Of a stretch of DNA of 64,000 bases, positions 26,201 to 38,724 are shown one piece after another. The notes under the pieces were generated by a model that had not been told where the DNA came from, made no database searches, and was given only the letters and a program-made list of their open reading frames with translations. Numbering within the stretch: the first letter of the stretch is position 1; each line of letters opens with the position of its first letter. Origin of the DNA: Phoronis australis (Eukaryota; Animalia; Phoronida). The position numbers and the translations under genes were made by a program. The stretch is from NCBI GenBank assembly GCA_002633005.1, contig NMRA01000297.1, positions 400,993 through 464,992 of the forward strand, read 5' to 3'.

Positions 26201-26662
26201 AGTTTTACTTCGTGTGACTTACTTTTACATGTACGGAACAGGTTATTGTCGGTTAGTCAAATTAGAAATTATTACAGGGCTGCGGAATAAATGACACTTC
26301 GTTATCACTCGTCGTTTGAAAAGTCCTTGACGTCATTCAGCATTTGCATTAAAAGGATGCATTATATTCTTAGTTTATATGTAATATATTTCACAGTGGA
26401 TGTACAGTGGTTTATATGTAGTATATTTCATCGTGGATGTACAGTGATTTATATGTAGTATATTTCATCGTGGATGTACAGTGATTTTTATGTAGTATAT
26501 TTCACCGTCGATGTACAGTGGTTTTCAATCTAACCTGGAAAAAGATAAAATTCGATAAAGTTTTCCCACTTTGAAACCGAAACTAAATATCCATTTCATT
26601 TCCAATAGAATCCGTTTCAATTGTGGCTAAATCTCGACTATCGACAAAATCTTTACAGGTGA
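20086..26662 (+). CDS. Cys-less (Pro-loop) pentameric ligand-gated ion channel subunit, multi-exon
   Basis: Phase-0 GT-AG exons 20086-20214, 20530-20739, 20950-21102, 22120-22296, 22654-22809, 24869-25060 and a possible terminal exon 26609-26662. Motifs: VDT...F.CD...GRWLEP, IWDP..LLN, LRQFPFDIQ, SRNFKYWLYN, DRMGLTL..FLT, LPPITYLTFLDFY and four TM helices. Confidence 0.9.
20530..20739 (+). CDS. pLGIC exon (loop A to Pro-loop)
   Basis: catag|QLLALEETYQNIWDPSLLLLN...GIFFVKLQLRQFPFDIQ|gtaaat. Confidence 0.9.
20950..21102 (+). CDS. pLGIC exon (beta7-beta9)
   Basis: ttcag|ELPVCVMSELSAEELSLV...FRDKDTFDLFRNVTTK|gtaaga. Confidence 0.85.
21525..21755. repeat. Intronic minisatellite, ~56 bp unit x4
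   Basis: Repeated ttggtattcatctgggtaac...ttatacactgatttacttgt. Confidence 0.85.
22120..22296 (+). CDS. pLGIC exon (loop C, beta10, start of M1)
   Basis: ttcag|EKKHFKSG...EVVISCFVSRNFKYWLYNTYILL|gtaagt. Confidence 0.8.
22654..22809 (+). CDS. pLGIC exon (M1 end, M2, M2-M3 loop)
   Basis: caag|VVLGVMSFAPFAFKSDQTNDRMGLTLELFLTCVATKMSLGPELPPITYLTFL|gtatga. Confidence 0.9.
23278..24330 (-). mobile_element. Degenerate DNA transposon in a pLGIC intron (possibly Sola3-like)
   Basis: Terminus ttaa|gggcaattccat; minus-strand coding remnant SELQLILARAGEF...CFTHRHEFG..FR*..LCYPEH...RGVDFRMS with stops. Family assignment is from recollection of termini and motif only. Confidence 0.4.
24869..25060 (+). CDS. 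pLGIC exon (M3, short loop, M4)
   Basis: gcag|DFYLFGVFGIIALQALQFAVASKW...DMDAYGLRIMGGVVVIFNICYLLLVAIA|gtgggt. Confidence 0.85.
25121..25276. mobile_element. Short MITE (CAGGGGCGGATCC...CCGCCAATG)
   Basis: TIR pair flanked by ctgtc on both sides; related elements at 8506, 39010-39883 and 44663-44978. Confidence 0.7.
26374..26525. repeat. Minisatellite, 37 bp unit x4
   Basis: tttatatgtagtatatttcatcgtggatgtacagtg(a/g) repeated. Confidence 0.9.
26609..26662 (+). CDS. Possible terminal pLGIC exon
   Basis: Pyrimidine tract, then caatag|NPFQLWLNLDYRQNLYR-TGA in phase 0. Confidence 0.4.
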   Translation, partial: NPFQLWLNLDYRQNLYR

Positions 26663-29086
26663 TACAACATGTATGAAAATTTATTGCGTAATCCCACTCA
26701 TAAACACTTAGTTTTGACATATATGTACATCAACGTAACATAGCTTAAAAAGTCCGCCAAAAGTTCGAAAAACGCTGTAACGATATTGTGGAAAAGTGTC
26801 AAATAACTCTGTTAATAAGATCGTCGAAGTTTGTTAGAGTTCTGTCAGCCCGGATTACTTTGAAAACTACTGTGTAACAGGATAGGATAAGATGCTCGGG
26901 ATGCTCAAAACGATTTCTATACCACCTTGGTACATGTATCTACTGCTAGCAACACGTCGAAGGAGTTTTGGACTCGAGTAAGTCACTACTGTCGACAATA
27001 GTCCAATTTTTGTCTCTGGTGTGTTTTGTTTGCAATCAAACAATGGAGGGAGTAAACAATAATGATAAAACGCGAAATATTTTGTCGATGTATTACATCT
27101 TTTCAAGACTCTAAAGTACTAAGGCTCTGATACACTAAGATCACTTCGCTTGCACGATTTCAGGGTTTTACACATTTCATGACTTGACGAACTGAGCCAA
27201 GCATTGTGGCGTAAACATGAACATCGTGTAAACACAAAGACAATTATACACCTATTCATGTTTTCGTGAATGATCTACGTGGCTGTCATTTTTAAAGGGT
27301 ACGACCCAAATATTCTTGAACTTGACACGTACATTTGCCTTCCAGAGGCGTCGCCGAATTAACACTGATCAACTGGAAATGTTGAAAACAGCCAAGAAAA
27401 AAAGAGAATGATCTCACCTAGCATCCGTTTGGAAAAAGGCACCAAAGGGCACTAGATATAGGAACTTTGCAAAATATAGAAAAGAAAGCTCATTTCTAAC
27501 GATCGATGAGACAGAGTTTTTCTCCCGCCGCCAGAACAACTGAAGACAAAACTCTAGTGGACGACGAGTTGAATGAGTAAGCGCATGTAGTCAGGGTCGC
27601 GGTGCATGAAATCAAAGACCATTGGCTTCCGCGCTATGAATGTTAGCAAATTGTTTTGCAAGAGAGGTAGTACAAGGGAAGAATCGCAGACCCTAACTTG
27701 GTTTGCGGGAAGGCACGGTTGGCTTGGAAATTAAATTATATTCACAACAAAAACATCGTGGTATTACAGTAACAATGAGGGGTGGTCTCATGTATGTTAT
27801 GAGGGCGTCGGTAGTTTTCGCTGGAAAGATTCCCAAAGTACGAAGAAAACTAGTCAAAAATTTGTCATTGACGACGATAATGGTTTAAATTGTGCCTTAC
27901 AAGTAATAATGACGCAATGCGATTGCTTAACTCGAATCTTTGAAACTGAGAACTGGAAAACCAACTGCGTTCACCCGTAGCTAATGTAGCGCCGCGCATG
28001 CGTGGATACTTGTTAACTTTGCATTTATTTGTCGGGGCTCTTTCGTGCTAAGAAGTATATGGCTTGGAGTGGGAGATATGTTGCGTACAAAGTAAGCTTA
28101 GAATTGTTATCACAAATTTCATCGCTACTTTTGAAACATTTTGTTGCCCAATGGTCCCAAACAATGTCAAACGGAGGATCTTCTGATGGCGATTTGAAGA
28201 TTTGGGAAGCTGGAAGGAAAAAGTGACATCTTTGTCGTTTTACAACAAAATTGCATAAGCGCCATATCTTAAAAAATTCCTTCGTGAGCTCTTGGTGGGG
28301 CAGATGCACACGATTACATTAGAAAAAAACACATGTAATTTAATCAATAAATAATTAATGTTTTGCATATCTGATAGATTAAACAAAATGATTTTAATTC
28401 TGAAATTAAGAGTGTTACCAAAAATAAAATGAGAAAAAACAGCGAGTGTAAAAATGGGACCCTCCATGTACTAACAGGATCATTAATTCGCTAATTAGCC
28501 AACCAATTAACTTATATTGTCAGTTAATTCATACATTCAGACATTATAGAAATTACCAGTTAGATCAGAAGGTACAATTATTCAAGGAATTGTTACCGGA
28601 TTAAAATAAAAGATTTTAAAATATGCCGAATGCACGCGAAAATAATCAGAGTTGTTATGTTTACTCCTGTTGAGCAGTTTGCTACTGTTGGTTGCTGGTT
28701 CACTAATAGAAATATAAATACAGTATTAATTTGAATAAAATTAGTTTTGGCTTCGAGAATACAAAAAACTCAAACTGCTGTCAAATATATAGACTCCTAC
28801 ATTACAGCATGCAGAAGTCGAATTCCAGGAAACAGCGAGCTCCGTGAAATTAGTGATTCATAAAGGCATTGTAATAAGCCTAAAAACGATTGTGGTTACT
28901 ATACTGAGGTATTCCGTCAGATACAAGTAACAAGGGCAGTCAGCAGATTCTATTTCAATCGAAGCTGTTTATTAAAGAATAAGCACAGAGGTGATCACAT
29001 CGGATTAAGTTCCACCTTCCGCTGGAAATACTATTACGCAACCGTGTCAGTTATGAAAACGTCTGATATCATAACTTTGAACCTAT

Positions 29087-32000
29087 CAGTACACCCAATA
29101 TTCTCGCTCCATTGTCCAGTGGTGCACGTGACCGTATTTGAACCAATTCTGTTGTATCCAACATTGAAACTGTAGTCGCCCGTGCTTCCAGAGACATCAT
29201 CACAATCACCAAGTTCCCAGTTTGCTGGACTTTGTTTCTAAGTGCATTTACTTACTGGAATAACACTCACATAATTATTTTCATATTCGTATTTGACAGA
29301 CAAAAAAGACGTACATTATGAAGCGTGCGACTGTCAGGCAATTTGGTCAAGTTAGCAATTTTTGTTAAAATTTAAATCCCCTTTGAAGAGTTTAAAAAAA
29401 ACGATGTTAAGCGTCATTTCTTCAAATAGGTTGAGAGCAAGTCGCACGTTACAACAAACCGAGTGCGACCAGCTGAATCTTTATTACAGTATATTACCTG
29501 TGTCTGCCATCTCAAGTCAAGGCTAAATTGTTATAAAACGTGGAGCAGACTGGAAGACCGCTGTACACTAGTTTTGTGTTTTGGAGTTGCATCCCATGTA
29601 TGCAGTTGTCTCCCCTGTTCACATGTTACCGGTTTATTAACCAAGATGTGCTTGTTGTTCCTGTCTGTCTCTTCTGTTCCTTGCCACATTGTATTCAATA
29701 AAGTCTCTGAACTCGAGCTCTTAACTATATCAGAAATCTATAATGACAACACTGAGCACACTTGTAAGATCTGAAAAGTGAATGAACCCACCATGCTGGT
29801 CGGACCAGTCGACGTTTCCAAAACTTACTCCCGTTGTCTGAAATCTTCGGTTTCAAAAACTGCTAATATACAAATATACCAAAATGCTCAAAATACCTAT
29901 TGCGCTAATTCAAATATGCCGAATTGACCAGAAAACTAGTTAAATCGTAGTATATCCCTTTGAACGGAAACGGAACTGAAACAGTTTTATACGGTCGTTT
30001 CTTGTGCTTTCGAATAAATCTAACTTTCCAAGTGGATTCTGTAAAAAGCTTGGTGATACACAGAAAATTGGTTGAAGTTTTCGTAAATGAAAATTAATTT
30101 TGGAAGCGACAGGATAACAAACATTCATAGTCTGCCATGCAGTTAATAATTTTGGTGTTTTTGTGGTTGGAAGCGCCAGTTTAACGAATCCCCACGACCC
30201 CCTCGGCCCTCGACCCACTACCCTAGAGCCACTTGACTCAGCCCACAAAACCCTCAACCTAGTTTACACAAGCTCAATTCGGTCTGAAGATAGAACAACC
30301 ACTGATTGCAGGATCAACAAGTTGGGACGTGAGCTCGGCTGTCTTTTCCCCGATTTTTTGCAATTAAGAGAGTCGATTCGGCAAGTTCGATAGCCAAAAA
30401 CAGACGAAAAAAACAACGCGATCAAATCAAATCAAAGACCTACCAACTTTACAAATGTCGTTCCCGGCAAAGTGTAATCGTTTCATCTTCTCTTCAGTGA
30501 ATGGCAGATTCAAGATTTTTGGGCTAGTGCTAGTAACCGACGAATATGTAATTTATTCAGTAAAACAGTTTAAAAACAAACTGTTAACCTAAAAGTACTC
30601 CAGCGTTACATCATCATGGGATATGTCGTAAACAGCAGAAAACGAACAATAAAAATGTGAAAATGCGAGCATTCATGTTAACGTACTCTCTCCCTAAGTT
30701 TAGTAGAACTGGGCCATTGATAGCCAGCAACTATTTCCGTGACAACCATAGCACGCTCACAATACGGTATTTCAGATCATGTTCTTACGCCACTTTCTGT
30801 TTTACGCACCAGACTTGATCCAGAGTAGATGTAAAGATGCATCTTTTGACAAGGGTCGTGGGACGAGGGGGTTATGGGTCGAGGGGGTTGTGGGGGTTGT
30901 CTCAGTGTCGTGGGGTTCGTTGGTCAAGAGAGTCGTGGGTCTAGTCGGTCGTGGGGTGTGGAGGTCGAGGGGGTTTTAGAACAATCCCAGGTTAACAGAC
31001 CTTGGTCTGTCTTGGGTTTAATAATTTGAGTGTTATAAGGGGTCTATTTCGCAAAAAATAATTGGTGAATGGTTGCTTCCTATTTATCATAAAGTGTTTA
31101 CCTTTGTTTGAGAACTTATACAATGAAATAACACGGGTTACACGATTATGTTTTCAATGATTTTGAATGGAAATGATGGAAGTATTGCTAAGAGGAGTCA
31201 TGTATTGGATGAAATTGCTCACATGATACTGTCACTGCGAATTTACAAGACGCGTGCTTGCCAATTTTGTAACCTGTTCCAGTGCAGATGACGTCGTGTG
31301 TACCCAGTCCAAGGGTTGCGTTTTGCTGATAATTGCAGACAGTTTGCATGGGCTCAGACTTTTCCGCTCTCCTGAACGTGGGATGGGAGATGGATACTTC
31401 CAAACACAACGTCATTGATGGAGGCCGGTCAGCTACAAGAAACAAATGCATACATGCATGGTTCTACATGTATTGTGAAGTCCACATCTCTTGCAGTGTG
31501 CACATTTGCAGTGATATTGATAAATACTTGGTCATTCTGAAAGGACGAAATTGACAAAATCAAGGACGACATAACTTTAGTTAAAGACAAAAATATTTGG
31601 AATCAATTACACTTTTTCGTACGCTTCATTTTTCATATGTATATATAGTATTTACCCCAGCATTGGTGTCCTGTTTCAGGACTCCAGTTAGCATCAGCCA
31701 AGCACCTAACTTTCGTCTGATCGGTGAGACTGTTACATGTAGGTATCGTATAGCAAGGTCACACTCATACTGACACGTGGAACCATACGGTCAAGTGGAA
31801 CAGTTAGTGCCGCCATTAACAATCTTTGGTGGTTCTGTTCATAATTTTGCTACGAAAAAATGAAAACATTTGAATAAATGAGATTGTACCCATCGTGGAT
31901 CGTTTTCAGATTCGAAACAGGCTTGCACTAATTTCAAGCATGTGTAAGACATGAAATTAATTAGTCAAAATGGCCTGATACATGTGATACTCAATCGTGG

Positions 32001-34335
32001 TACCACTACCTTGCCTGGGTGATATCACACATCTATACACTAAGTTCTTCAAGTGATATTCGAAGCACATGGACACAGTCTTGAATCGTTCAAGGATAGG
32101 CAAATCGAATGACTTGAAGTATACCAGTTGGCACTATCGTTCATCACCAGAATACATCTTAGTGGACATAGTTATTCAACATTTTGAGTGCCGATCCAAA
32201 ACCACTCAGTATCTCCTAATTTAGGAGTTGGACTCTCATTAAACAACAGTTCCCGACTTGGCCTTCACAACGTGCAGTTGAAAACTCAAAACGTCCGTTT
32301 TTTTCTCTGTTCTTGCTAGTAATGTCGCAATGGCAAAGTATTTCAGAAAATTAATATACATGTACTTCATCCGTGAATAGGGAGTTCCTGACAACTGGGT
32401 ACAGTAAAGTATAGGCCTAGCTTAGGTAAGGAAAGGTTGCTTTAGATCAAATGGTAATGATGAATGTCATTCCCACTAAGGACCTAAACAAGGACTCAAC
32501 TGAGTCATCTTTCACAAAGAATAATTCTTGGGTGTATAATAACATAACCACGAGTGCGTTTATGTTACCAGACAAATTTAAGCTTTTCAAGGCGTATTTA
32601 AACACTTTAGGGTGTAAATTTCAAACACAAAAATGTGATGCCGTTTCCAGGAAGTTCAAAATGGTTGGAAGTGAATAACTTCATACACATTACGAAACAC
32701 TACCTCCGTAATGTTCAAGGGTTTTCAGGTTCCATGAACTTTTAGAGCATACCTTCGCAGCTGAGTATTACATTCCAATTCCCGGTTTCGTCGCACGACA
32801 CATGCGACACGGTTGCTCGTTAGTATCCTTCTCTGCAGCTGTAAGTGCATGTTGAGCTTGCCATTACTAGTGGGTCACAAGTAATATCTGTCCAAAACAT
32901 GGATGATTTTAAGTTTAACACTTAAGAAGTTTAAGAAGACCTGTTAAGATGAGGACAAGTAATCCAGTGACTTGTGTAGATAAACATGTAAAACATTTAT
33001 GCTGTCGATGAACGACTGGATGTAACAGTTGACTGCAATTTATTACAGCTGATATCATGTCCATGCAATAACATATCAAATATTTCCAGAGTTCATGTTA
33101 CTTACATTCCACGGAAATTTTGAAGGCGCATGTTACTGTACGCCTTAGTTCAACATCTATTGCTTAGCAAGTCACCTCTGTTATCGCAGCATCCAGTTGC
33201 ATGATGTTGGTATGAGAGCACATGGAAGGAACCACTTCACCCCTAGTCTTAAAGTTGGCGCTAGGAACTCTTTCGTCAACAGGCAACGAACTAGTATTAA
33301 CCATGACGTCTGCCGGGCAATGGATAATTTGCGGATCCTGGTCAACTGAAAACTCAAACAAATGCATAACTGAGAATGAGTGAATCGTATATTATGGATT
33401 ACAAGACGTCAAAATTAAAACTTTTTATATGATATGCCAGAGATTTGTATACAGTGACAATAAGAGAGTGGTTTTTATGTCTGGTGACAAGCGACAATTA
33501 CTTGCATTATATTTAAGGCAACAGTTTCGACTTTACTCGTTCAACAATCACTGCTATTTGGGTGATTGTATTTTACAGAAAACGGCGCTGGCAATGGAAT
33601 AGAATATCATCAATAACGAGACAGTTTTAAACTTTACGTACATGTACATCTCATCATGCCTTCCCATTCGCCACTTTCGTTGCAGTAAAGATAACTTGAA
33701 GCTACTGAGTAACCAGTGGAGTAGGAATAGCGACACCTTGTGCCGTAAATGGCCTTACAGTCTTCTATTTTGATCGTACTGTGTTGAATTAAATTCTCTC
33801 GGTTGCAACTTGTTTCTGAAAGCGAAAGTAATGAAGAATACAAAACGCTAAACATAGAGAAGTAAATTTGACCTAGCAAGTGAAATAATTCACCTAATAG
33901 ATTTCGATTTGATAAACGTCCTTTACTCAGACCCGATCCAGTCTACATACTGTACATGTAGGTGTATATCATGTGTATTGGGAACTTTAGCTATTTGCAA
34001 AATGTTGAAGCTGTTTTAGTATTACTGTCATTGTGAGGTCTTACTTATCGTTGTCATAAAAATAGTTTCAAGGCTGTTCATAAAAAAGTCATGACCATTT
34101 TATCAGCTTCTGAAATCTTTCGCTAGATATCTATGTAATCGCTTACAAAGCAGCGTTTGTATCTCAATCGAGTTGGGAGATTAGTAACGTACCTTTAACG
34201 TGCAATCGAATAGTGCAGGATGTGTACTGACCAGAGTTATCACCACAAGAATAAATAATTTCGTATGTTCCCTTCTCCAATGTTTGTCCATTTATGATGT
34301 TTAATATAGGTCGTGACACTATACTGCACCCATGG
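29087..34335 (-). pseudogene. Unprocessed pseudogene of a HYR/Sushi (CCP) repeat protein, paralogous to the gene at 49163+
   Basis: Minus-strand exons: 34193-34335 (HYR C-half), 33642-33815 (CCP, Cys>Tyr), 33106-33345 (HYR, TAA at 33164-33166), 32753-32887 (CCP, deletion plus TAA at 32820-32822), 31656-31849 (CCP, two TGA plus frameshift), 31223-31432 (HYR, shortened), 29087-29254 (CCP, TAG, donor GT>AT). Confidence 0.88.
30180..30990. mobile_element. Non-autonomous DNA element with GC-rich inverted subterminal repeats, in a pseudogene intron
   Basis: Left end has cgacccc/cccacgacc repeats; right end has the complementary ggtcgtggg/gtcgaggggg repeats. Confidence 0.55.
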
Positions 34336-34750
34336 CTGAAATCACACTTTTCCAGGTCAGAACATTCAAATGTACACCATTCACGCCCGCACTGAGTGAA
34401 CAGGCAGTATAGTAGAATAAATGACGAGCTTAGCAATAAACAAGATGTTAATGCTCCTTGCGAGTACCCAAAATTTTGTTTCATCAAAAAACAGAAAAAG
34501 TCATAAACCGGAATTACCAGTGAACTTAACGTTTCCACGGCTACTGCCGGCTTTTTTAAGCTACACCTGTTGTGGTATCGTGTTCTCGAGACAAACGGCC
34601 AAAATTGTGAGCAAAATTGGTCCCTCTAATCAGTCAGAAATTGGAAATTTGTCACAGCTGCAGATCGTTAGAATGAAACAGAACACACTTGTGACAAGCT
34701 ACATGTAGGAGTTGTACTTTCAAATAGTAAGTAATTATTGTCAACACGTT

Positions 34751-35420
34751 TTATACCACAATATTAGCCTTGAATGGCAGATACAACCGTGTAATAAATA
34801 GAATACTTAAATGAGCACGCGCAACAATCGCACGTTCAGCAAAGGAAATTGCACCGACATTTATACGCCATGAAAAATAAGACGCATAATTTCCATAAAA
34901 ACGATATTTTAATTTAGTGAAATTTTTCTCTCGTCTTCTCTCACTTGTAAATCACCGATCTCCAATTTGAATGCAGGTGTCGTGTGGTCGGGATCCTTTG
35001 ACTTGAGCATTATAGTCAGTTAGTAGTGGTAACCTATTTTAGCAGACGATATATTCCCGGTCAAAGCTTAGCGTGATAAAATGTGTAGTAAGCTATAACA
35101 GTTGCTAAACCTTAATTTATAAATTCACTTTATTTCTATTTTGTTTTATTTTTCAATTGGTTTTGAGTAAAAGCATTATTTTACAAAAATATCTCGGCTT
35201 TTCTTAAAAGGTCACGACCTCCGACCCCGGGACTCTGACATAGAAAATAGTTACCAAGCCGAGGCTCGGCGAGAAAGGTACATGTAGATCTATTCATTAC
35301 AATGTTTCTCGTTCATTATGTGGTATAAATAGAACGCCCCTCGGGCGATAATTCTCCAAAATCCACTCGGGCTCTAGATAACGGGGGAAAACGACTTCGC
35401 CATGTAATAATCTATATTTA
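34751..35420. mobile_element. Non-autonomous element (Crypton-like palindromic end); inverted copy of 61191-62013
   Basis: Reverse complement aligns along its length with about 61300-62013; ends in ...catgtaataatctat. Confidence 0.6.
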
Positions 35421-36170
35421 TTATTAAGAAATTTAAAAATAATTATATACACTATCTGGATAACATCAAAAAGTTAAAAAATTGCCGTGGAGATCCATAC
35501 ACAAATTACAAAATTAAAGGAAATGAATGTTATGAATAAATGATAAATTGTGAATAAATATACATGAGGAATGAGAGATGTGAATGAAACTAACTATTTG
35601 CAAAAATGAACTGAAATAGACAGTCACTGTGGATAAAGTGACATGATATATGACAAATCAGTAGATAAATTTAATCAATTAATAGTTAATAATGAAATCG
35701 GACTTATCGCTTCTCTCATTAAGGCTAGATAAATATTGTTTGATTTGTCGTTTAAAATTGTTAAATCTGAAATGTCTCTCAGACCGCCTGAAAGCGAATT
35801 CCTCAGAACTATGGTTAAATTTAAAAAAAGTTTTAGGTAAATGTATTTTGATTTTTGGCTGAATAAAACCAATAACTGTTTCTTGTAGTACTGTGGGAAT
35901 GACCTGGTTTAAATGCTGAAAAATTATCAAGGACATAATTTGCGATATTGCCACGAAACTTTAATGAATAAGGAAGAGCTTGAGGTGGTTAACTCGTTTT
36001 ACAATACATGTATTTAGCCACCCAAGAGACAGAAAATGATAAGATACCGATAATGTAAGTTTGAGGGTGTGAACTGAGTGTATCTTTAATTACTTTGTTT
36101 TGACACCTGTAGCTTTCTGCGAAGACAAGTACAATGTATTTCTATTGGAAAACTAGCTTGAACAAGCATA

Positions 36171-38724
36171 TAGACCGGCAGCCCAGAGCACTTAGCATAG
36201 ACGAACGAGGTACCAACTTCTGACCATAGGAATACATAGCGTCCACCTCAGTATATACATAACTGGTCGTTTGCCGTTGTCTGCACTTTAGGGGCCTTAC
36301 AATGGGGCCAAAAATGTGCTAGAATTGATATTCAAGGTACTGTCCAAAACTGACTTAAAACAGACAAAACAGAAAATAGTACCGCACTGGACACCGAATG
36401 ACCCATACCTGACTCTGGAATGGGTTCGTTAGAAACCAAAAAGGACCTCCCACCCCAACAAAAAATGAGCTAACTTATACATTCGAGGTACCACAAACAC
36501 TAATTCCATGTGAATCAATACATGCCACTTATCACTAAATTCCCTATCACAGACGAAATACAATCTGGGTTGTGCCCGCCCGAAACCCCATCGAAAATTT
36601 GAGCGAGATAAGATAATAGGAGTACCAGCTAAAACTGATTTAAAACGAACAATACACGTAGTTCTGAATGACCTACGATAGACAAACTGCCCCCTGGCAA
36701 GGGTCCACTAGAAACCCAAAAAGGACCCACCCAAAAGAGCTAGCTCATACTTTCGAGGTACAGCAAAAACAATTCCATGTTATTTAATACATGTCACCGG
36801 TCACTAAATGACCTACTACAGGCAAATACACTCTGGGTTGTGCCAGCCAGAAATCCCCCAAAATCTCAGCCACGGTATGCCGTTGAATGTTTGAGCTACA
36901 TTAGATATTCGAAGTACGGGCTAAAACTGTCTTTTAAGAAACCAACGATCGTGCCGCAATAAACTCCGATGACCCATGACAGACAAATTCTCCTCTAGAA
37001 TGTGTTCGCCAGAAACGCAAAAACAACGCCCAAAAAGGAACTAGCTCATATATTCGAGGTACCTCAATAAACAAATCCAGTCCATTATTACACACTCAAA
37101 GGGCATTTCTCTGTCGCTCTTCAATTGTGTTGCTATCATTTCGATGACAAATTCATGTACAATAACATACGTGTCAGAGACCCTGATCAACGCATTTCCA
37201 TCTGAGTTGGCTAAGTGGAAGGCAAGAAGCGTGTCCTCCTCTTCATGGGAATCTTAAAGATCCAGTGGATTGTCAGCTGCCATGGTACGTGTAACAGTGT
37301 AAGAAAGGCCAATACAGTTGCCGCCATGTGGGACAAGTGTTTTCTCCCCAAGAACTGGTCCATAGGTCCTTCTGCTATTCTTTTAAGAGGAAGGTTGTCA
37401 AGCTGGTGTTTTTCAACAAGACATTTTGGGTGTTAAAATCATGTTACAGTATATTACGGAAAGAAGTTACATTTGGCACAAGTGAAAAGGTCGGCCCTAA
37501 AAACAAGTAGGTCTAAGTAAGATTGTAATTCTGTAGTATTTACTTATAACTATTGTTATCTGTAGTACTTAAATATGCCCGTGAATTGTTTACCCTGTAA
37601 AAGAACCCAATCCAGTACTTCTTGTTGCTGACAGCGTACAGTGTATAAGCCAATTGACCCCCTCATTGCGGACTGTTCCACTGTTTTGAAAATTTTCCGA
37701 CATTCCGTCAACCCAACTAAGTGTCCCGCGATTTGACGCAAGGCCAAATTGACATAATATCATATACTATTGTAATTTCCCATGCGACATATCCATATTT
37801 TCCCGCTAGACTGCAAAGGAAAAAACAGGACCCTTTCGATTGCTCATTATACTACACTAGCTGCTGTCTTAGGAGTATCACTTAATGGGTTGTTTTTAAC
37901 AGTTCCTGATATCCAAAACGTAAGTGTTATAAGGTATTTTCCAAAATGCTTACTTTCCACTATTATCCAATTGGCACTCAATCTGACACTATTAACGATT
38001 TTAAGCAAGGTAGAGTTCAATAGACGCGAAAGTATTACGCAAATGCAAGAATTCACCATGAGCTGTAAACTAAGAAAGTGACCACATCTTCCTTATAGAA
38101 ATTCTTGATTCTACGAAACTCTACCAACATACACAGTGGGACACGGCAGATGTGAAATACTGCAAAGAATGACAAATGGAGGAGGTAACAGGAAAGTCAC
38201 GCAAACGTGTAGCGTGCGGTGCAACCCCTTTTGCTGTTCATTCAAAACATACTTCTCGAATGCAATCAAAAGGGACTCCATTATTTTCAATAGCAGCACA
38301 TCATTCTCTACCTACCGAATTGACGTGTTTTCCACAATTTCTTGACGGGTGATTAGTGGTCAGTGACATGTATTAAATGGATCACATGGAATTGTTTTGG
38401 TGGTAACTCGAATGTATGAGCTAGCTCATTTTGGTGGGTCCTTTTTGGGATTCTGGCGGATCCTTACCAGAGTGCAATTTGTTTGCCATGAGTCATTCAG
38501 TGCGGTACTATTGTCCGCTTTAAATCAGTTTGGCCAGTACCCCGAATATCTAGCTCACATTTGGCCCCTTTGTACGGTCCCCTGGGTCACATCCAGGGTT
38601 CAGACAACGGCAGAGGTTCATTTTTCTATATACTGAGTTGGACTGCAAGTGCTTTGCTTCTATGGTTAGTTGTTGGTACCTACATGTAGTTCATCTATAG
38701 TAAGAGCTCTGGGCTGCCGGTCTA
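36171..38724 (-). mobile_element. AcademX-like DNA transposon derivative with long TIRs
   Basis: TIRs TAGACCGGCAGCCCAGAGC / GCTCTGGGCTGCCGGTCTA; ~300 bp subterminal repeats (three left, one inverted right); minus-strand remnant at about 37130-37510, LLKNTS..TFLLKE*...PHGGNC...SHEEEDTLLAFH...IRVSDTYV, matches the XPG-like HEEADT/SDTDV motif. Confidence 0.7.
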
